64,000 bases of DNA from Candidatus Doudnabacteria bacterium RIFCSPHIGHO2_02_FULL_43_13b (lineage in GTDB: Bacteria > Patescibacteriota > Doudnabacteria > UBA920 > O2-02-FULL-48-8), in contig MFER01000013.1 of the NCBI GenBank assembly GCA_001777655.1, positions 2,619 through 66,618 of the forward strand, written 5' to 3'. Numbering within the stretch: position 1 is the stretch's first letter; each line of letters opens with the position of its first letter. Below are positions 60,627 through 64,000 of this stretch, one piece after another. Below the pieces are notes generated by a model, which saw only the letters and a program-made list of their open reading frames with translations, made no database searches and was not told the DNA's origin. Made by a program: the position numbers and the translations under genes.

Positions 60627-61790
60627 TTAAGACTTGTCAAATTGACTAGTGATTATCTGATTAATCGCGAATTTGACCCTCCTGCCTGCCTCTTTGGTAT
60701 CGATAACCTCGACTAAATTAGAATTTTTTTGAAGCTGCTTACGAAACTGGGCAGTCAACAATTCTTCCACGGCCGCCCGGATAACCCACGCGGGGTTGAT
60801 CCGTCGACTCGCCACCGGCATGATCAGATTCCGCTTGGTCAGATATTCAATATTAAGATCTTCCTGGCCTGGCAACCAATGAGTAATCAAAATTGGCAAC
60901 TCGTAACTTAGGGATTCAGCCACGGACAAACCCCCGGGTTTAGTAATAAATATATCCGCAATTGCATACAACTCCGGCATCGTTTGGTAAAAAGGAAAAA
61001 TTATAACATTGGGTAACCGGAAGGATTTTAGTTCCTCGTATAATTGCTTATTTTTCCCGCAAACAATAATTATCTGACCCTTTGCTTGCTTCTGCGTCAA
61101 TTCATTCAGAACCCCCTTTGCCAAAAATACTAAGGAATTAGCGTTAATCCCCGTGCCCATGGAGCCACTGGCCATCAAAATTACTTTCACCCCTCGATCG
61201 ATCCGCAACCGATCTTTAATTTCAAACTGATCCGCTGGGGGTTTTGGTTTCAAGGTCATCCCACAAATAAAAATCTTGGATCCGTCAATCCCTAAGGCCA
61301 TCATTTGGGTTTTTTGTTCAGCAATGTTGACCAAATAAAAATCCGCTTGATCATACAACCAAAACTTATGCATATGAAAGTCGCTAAACGCGATCCCAAA
61401 TAACTTTTGATACTGTTTTCTTTTCTTAATCAAAGCCGCTGCGGCTGAGGCGACGGTTTGAGTGGTGATAATAATATCAGGATTAAAACTTTGAATTAAG
61501 TTAAGCGCCCGAGCCGGGTGTTTCAACGCAGCCAACGGCAGCCGCAATCCTCTTAAAACGTGGAGGAGTGGGGTCTGATACAAAAAATTCCAGACCCAGG
61601 GAAGTTTATCGATAACAAAAGTATAAAGTCGTTCATTGAATTTTACAAACCAACCGGCCTCAACTTCCAAAATATTTTCAAGTTTAACCTCAAAACCCAA
61701 TTGCGCAAAATAGAACCCAATATTCTCGGCAATACTTTTGTGTCCCTGACCGACCGCTGTATAAAAAATCAATACTTTAGTTTTTGGCAT
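60627..61790 (-). CDS. GT28-family glycosyltransferase (MGDG synthase/UgtP-like)
   Basis: KVLIFYTAVGQGHKSIAENI N-terminal motif, GT-B C-terminal half. Confidence 0.65.
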   Translation of the reverse strand: MPKTKVLIFYTAVGQGHKSIAENIGFYFAQLGFEVKLENILEVEAGWFVKFNERLYTFVIDKLPWVWNFLYQTPLLHVLRGLRLPLAALKHPARALNLIQSFNPDIIITTQTVASAAAALIKKRKQYQKLFGIAFSDFHMHKFWLYDQADFYLVNIAEQKTQMMALGIDGSKIFICGMTLKPKPPADQFEIKDRLRIDRGVKVILMASGSMGTGINANSLVFLAKGVLNELTQKQAKGQIIIVCGKNKQLYEELKSFRLPNVIIFPFYQTMPELYAIADIFITKPGGLSVAESLSYELPILITHWLPGQEDLNIEYLTKRNLIMPVASRRINPAWVIRAAVEELLTAQFRKQLQKNSNLVEVIDTKEAGRRVKFAINQIITSQFDKS

Positions 61791-61811
61791 TTATCCCCAC
61801 ACCAAACGAGT

Positions 61812-62054
61812 TTAGGAAGAAATTGACTTCTTAATTCGTCTGATTAATTGTTGCTTAGCTCTTGCGCGAAGTTTTAGATTATGTTCGCGATGTCTTGCTT
61901 CTTCTTCTGAGGCATACGCCTCGTAATAAACAAGTTTTAACGGTATCCGATTTTTAGTCGAAAAAACTTGGCCTAGATTGTGTTTTTTAAAACGATCTCT
62001 TAAATCTTTAGTCGATCTTGGCGACCACTCTCGCCAGAGCTGAATCTCCATCAA
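61812..62054 (-). CDS. GIY-YIG nuclease family protein, N-terminally degenerate copy
   Basis: C-terminal KLVYYEAYASEEEARHREHNLK matches GIY-YIG small proteins; GIY/YIG motifs missing; overlaps upstream gene. Confidence 0.4.
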   Translation of the reverse strand: MMEIQLWREWSPRSTKDLRDRFKKHNLGQVFSTKNRIPLKLVYYEAYASEEEARHREHNLKLRARAKQQLIRRIKKSISS

Positions 62055-62634
62055 ACTTTAAAGGCAGAGCCATGACTTCAAACTTTTTATTTAATAACTG
62101 TTCTAGGTTGGTGAGATTTTCTAAAATTAAAATTTCTTGGCTTAATAGTATCTTATGGACAGCAAAAGGTGGTCGATCAGGGGTTGGAGTATCTGTCCCC
62201 ACCATTTTCACTTGCAACTGCACTAATTTTTGGGCAAAATCTTCGGTCAACTCGGGATATTTCTCATAATAGTCCGCATCATAAAATTTTGATCCAAACC
62301 CGGTTAAAACCAAAACGATGTCGCCTGCTTCGACGCCGGTAATTAAATCAGGAGTGATTTTATCTCTCCCTCGCGCATCGATGATTTTTCCTGAGCCAAC
62401 AAATCTTTCCGGATTTATTTCCGAGATCTTCTGCCCCTTGGTGGTCATATGCAAAGGGCCGTCCATATGAGTACCGATATGCATGCCGGTTTTAACTTCA
62501 TAATCCGACCACCCTTGTTTGGCGATGGTAGCGACTTGTTTGATTTCCGGTTTCGAATCGCCAGGGTAAACTGGCATATCGGCACTAAACGTATGAGTCA
62601 GATCAATAATTTCCATAAAATTACCACCAATCAA
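62008..62634 (-). CDS. cyclase-family protein (kynurenine formamidase-like)
   Basis: HIGTHMDGPLH metal-binding motif of PF04199 cyclases. Confidence 0.7.
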   Translation of the reverse strand: MIGGNFMEIIDLTHTFSADMPVYPGDSKPEIKQVATIAKQGWSDYEVKTGMHIGTHMDGPLHMTTKGQKISEINPERFVGSGKIIDARGRDKITPDLITGVEAGDIVLVLTGFGSKFYDADYYEKYPELTEDFAQKLVQLQVKMVGTDTPTPDRPPFAVHKILLSQEILILENLTNLEQLLNKKFEVMALPLKFDGDSALARVVAKID

Positions 62635-62707
62635 CTAATTTAGTAAACCGAACATAAAATCCGGCACATGGAGCTCAAGAATTAAATTATTTGATGGTTT
62701 ATCCATA

Positions 62708-62797
62708 AAATTCCAACTGGCGGTGGGTGCAGGACTCGAACCTGCAAGTCCCCGAAGGGACGCTGGTTTTCGAAACCAGTGCCTTAGCCAATTCGGC
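62708..62797 (-). tRNA. tRNA-Ser (anticodon CGA), long variable arm
   Basis: Reverse complement GGTGGGTTGTGCCGAATTGGCTAAGGCACTGGTTTCGAAAACCAG...GGTTCGAGTCC...CCA. Confidence 0.7.
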
Positions 62798-62864
62798 ACA
62801 ACCCACCTAAACTGACGGAGCGACCTCTCCTCTAAGATATTGTTCCACAAAACCGAAAGTTCGT

Positions 62865-63287
62865 CTATACACGGGACTGGGACCAAACTTCAACTTCAAT
62901 CTCCTTAACTTTCTTCAGACTCGAATCATTCGTGATAAATTTTTCAGCACCAAAATCGATGGCCGTAGCCAGATGGATGGCATCGGGAATTTTAATCAAA
63001 TATTTAGCGCTCAAATCAGAAGCAATTTCGATAATCGAATTATTAAGTCCGGCGATGGTCAAATTTGGAAAATGTGCAAAAACCTCCCGATATTGCGCGA
63101 CCAAATCCAAGCGTCTCTGTTTTTTTACCCCAGTTAAAATTTCTATTACCCCGACACTCGAAAAAACAGCTGGCAATAAACCATTTCGAATCGCTAGCAA
63201 AATTTCTTCCACGCGGTCCGCATACTCTGGATTGTTTTCGAAATAATAGATAAGAATCTGGGTATCTAAACCGACTTTTTGTCCCAT
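62865..63287 (-). CDS. vapC: PIN-domain ribonuclease (VapC-type toxin)
   Basis: LDTQILIYYFE N-terminal Asp, PIN acidic residues; overlaps upstream antitoxin gene. Confidence 0.65.
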   Translation of the reverse strand: MGQKVGLDTQILIYYFENNPEYADRVEEILLAIRNGLLPAVFSSVGVIEILTGVKKQRRLDLVAQYREVFAHFPNLTIAGLNNSIIEIASDLSAKYLIKIPDAIHLATAIDFGAEKFITNDSSLKKVKEIEVEVWSQSRV

Positions 63288-63517
63288 GATGCGCGTTCTT
63301 CTTTAATGTATTTATCAGCGCCGCCCAACGCATCCCAAACTTCTTTGCCTAAGCCCCGTAATGACTTAACATAATCTTCTGATTGCGTGGTCAATATCGC
63401 ATGAGTTTCATCCATCGGATATAGAAGAATCTTGCTTCCGGATTTCAAATTCAATCTCTCCCGAACATCTTTTGGAACCACGATTTGATTTTTGCTCGAT
63501 AACGTTGTTTTTGACAT
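63266..63517 (-). CDS. vapB: AbrB/MazE/SpoVT-family antitoxin (VapB-type)
   Basis: SKNQIVVPKDVRERLNLKSGSKILL swapped-hairpin motif. Confidence 0.65.
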   Translation of the reverse strand: MSKTTLSSKNQIVVPKDVRERLNLKSGSKILLYPMDETHAILTTQSEDYVKSLRGLGKEVWDALGGADKYIKEERASWDKKSV

Positions 63518-63579
63518 AGTTTTACTTTTAATTATATTCCTTTACATTTTACCTTAAGGTAAAGGGGATGTCAACCCCG

Positions 63580-64000
63580 TTAGAGGTTAACCTCTAACGG
63601 GGTCAAGCACCCTTGAATGAAAGCAAAACTTTTCCTATGCACAGGCAAGACGCCAAACTTGAGAATTGCCATTTTATGTTGCTTCGTCGGATAGCCTTTG
63701 TGTTTCATAAATCCGTACTGCGGGTATTTTTCATCAAGTTCCGATAAAATTTCATCTCGCGCCACCTTGGCCATGATCGACGCGGCCGCGATGGATAAAA
63801 CTTTCGCATCGCCATTAATAATCGCCTGCTGTGGAACGTCCAAGTTTTGAATCTTAAACCGGCCGTCGAGCAATAAAAAATCTGGTTTCACTTTCAAACC
63901 ATCCACGGATTTTTTCATAGCTAGCAATGAAGCTTGATGAATATTAATTCGATCAATCGTTCCATGTGTTACTATTCCCACTCCAAAGTCTAGACAATGC
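63580..64000 (-). CDS. rnhB: ribonuclease HII, 3' portion (N-terminus beyond window end)
   Basis: DEAGRGP...region absent but SIAAASIMAKVARD and HRKSF C-terminal RNase HII motifs present. Confidence 0.7.
   Translation of the reverse strand, partial: HCLDFGVGIVTHGTIDRINIHQASLLAMKKSVDGLKVKPDFLLLDGRFKIQNLDVPQQAIINGDAKVLSIAAASIMAKVARDEILSELDEKYPQYGFMKHKGYPTKQHKMAILKFGVLPVHRKSFAFIQGCLTPLEVNL

Noticed and set aside
63553-63590. 28-bp perfect palindrome CCCCGTTAGAGGTTAACCTCTAACGGGG as a possible binding site or IR of a mobile element
   Set aside because: It lies between the rnhB end and the vapB start with no partner repeat in the window. It is most simply a terminator or operator hairpin.

Overview
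This window is a low-GC (about 38-40%), compact, mostly minus-strand chromosomal segment with the reduced-operon style of a Candidate Phyla Radiation (Patescibacteria)-like bacterium. The backbone carries housekeeping genes: rny-ymdB, the rpsP-KH-trmD-rplS operon (no rimM), rnc next to a shortened smc, ftsH, sodA, lexA with an SOS-box promoter, recA, ftsK, nrnA-rbfA-infB, galU, lspA, dksA/traR-like, ROK kinase, Hsp20, a GT28 glycosyltransferase, four tRNAs and an array of T4SS-type pilin paralogues. Three things stand out against this backbone. (1) A sharply bounded ~9.7 kb high-GC (about 60%+) island at ~18.05-27.75 kb. It encodes a TerY-P-like phospho-signalling set (zinc-ribbon-PP2C, vWA, zinc-ribbon-FHA, zinc-ribbon-Ser/Thr kinase) followed by five unknown CSD-like, membrane and secreted proteins. 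Each transcription unit in it has AT-rich sigma70-type promoters, strong SD sites and hairpin terminators. (2) An ~11.7 kb integrative element at ~34.6-46.25 kb splits comM/yifB exactly at its Walker-A codons. It carries a tyrosine integrase at one end and a large serine recombinase at the other, a type II R-M pair (beta-class MTase plus BglII/BamHI-like REase), a Shedu/DUF4263-like nuclease co-transcribed with a small HTH protein, an Hjc-like PD-(D/E)xK protein, a KGG stress peptide, and iteron-like tandem repeats. (3) Four toxin-antitoxin modules (MntA/HepT, RHH/RelE, VapBC, RhuM-Fic/Doc). Smaller items are a PaaX-like/Cas2-like standalone protein flanked by 19-bp direct repeats, two families of REP-like palindromic repeats, a long dksA-recA intergenic region with an orphan terminator, and a second small GC-rich islet encoding a beta-rich secreted protein. 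All calls rest on motif recognition by eye; nothing was computed.
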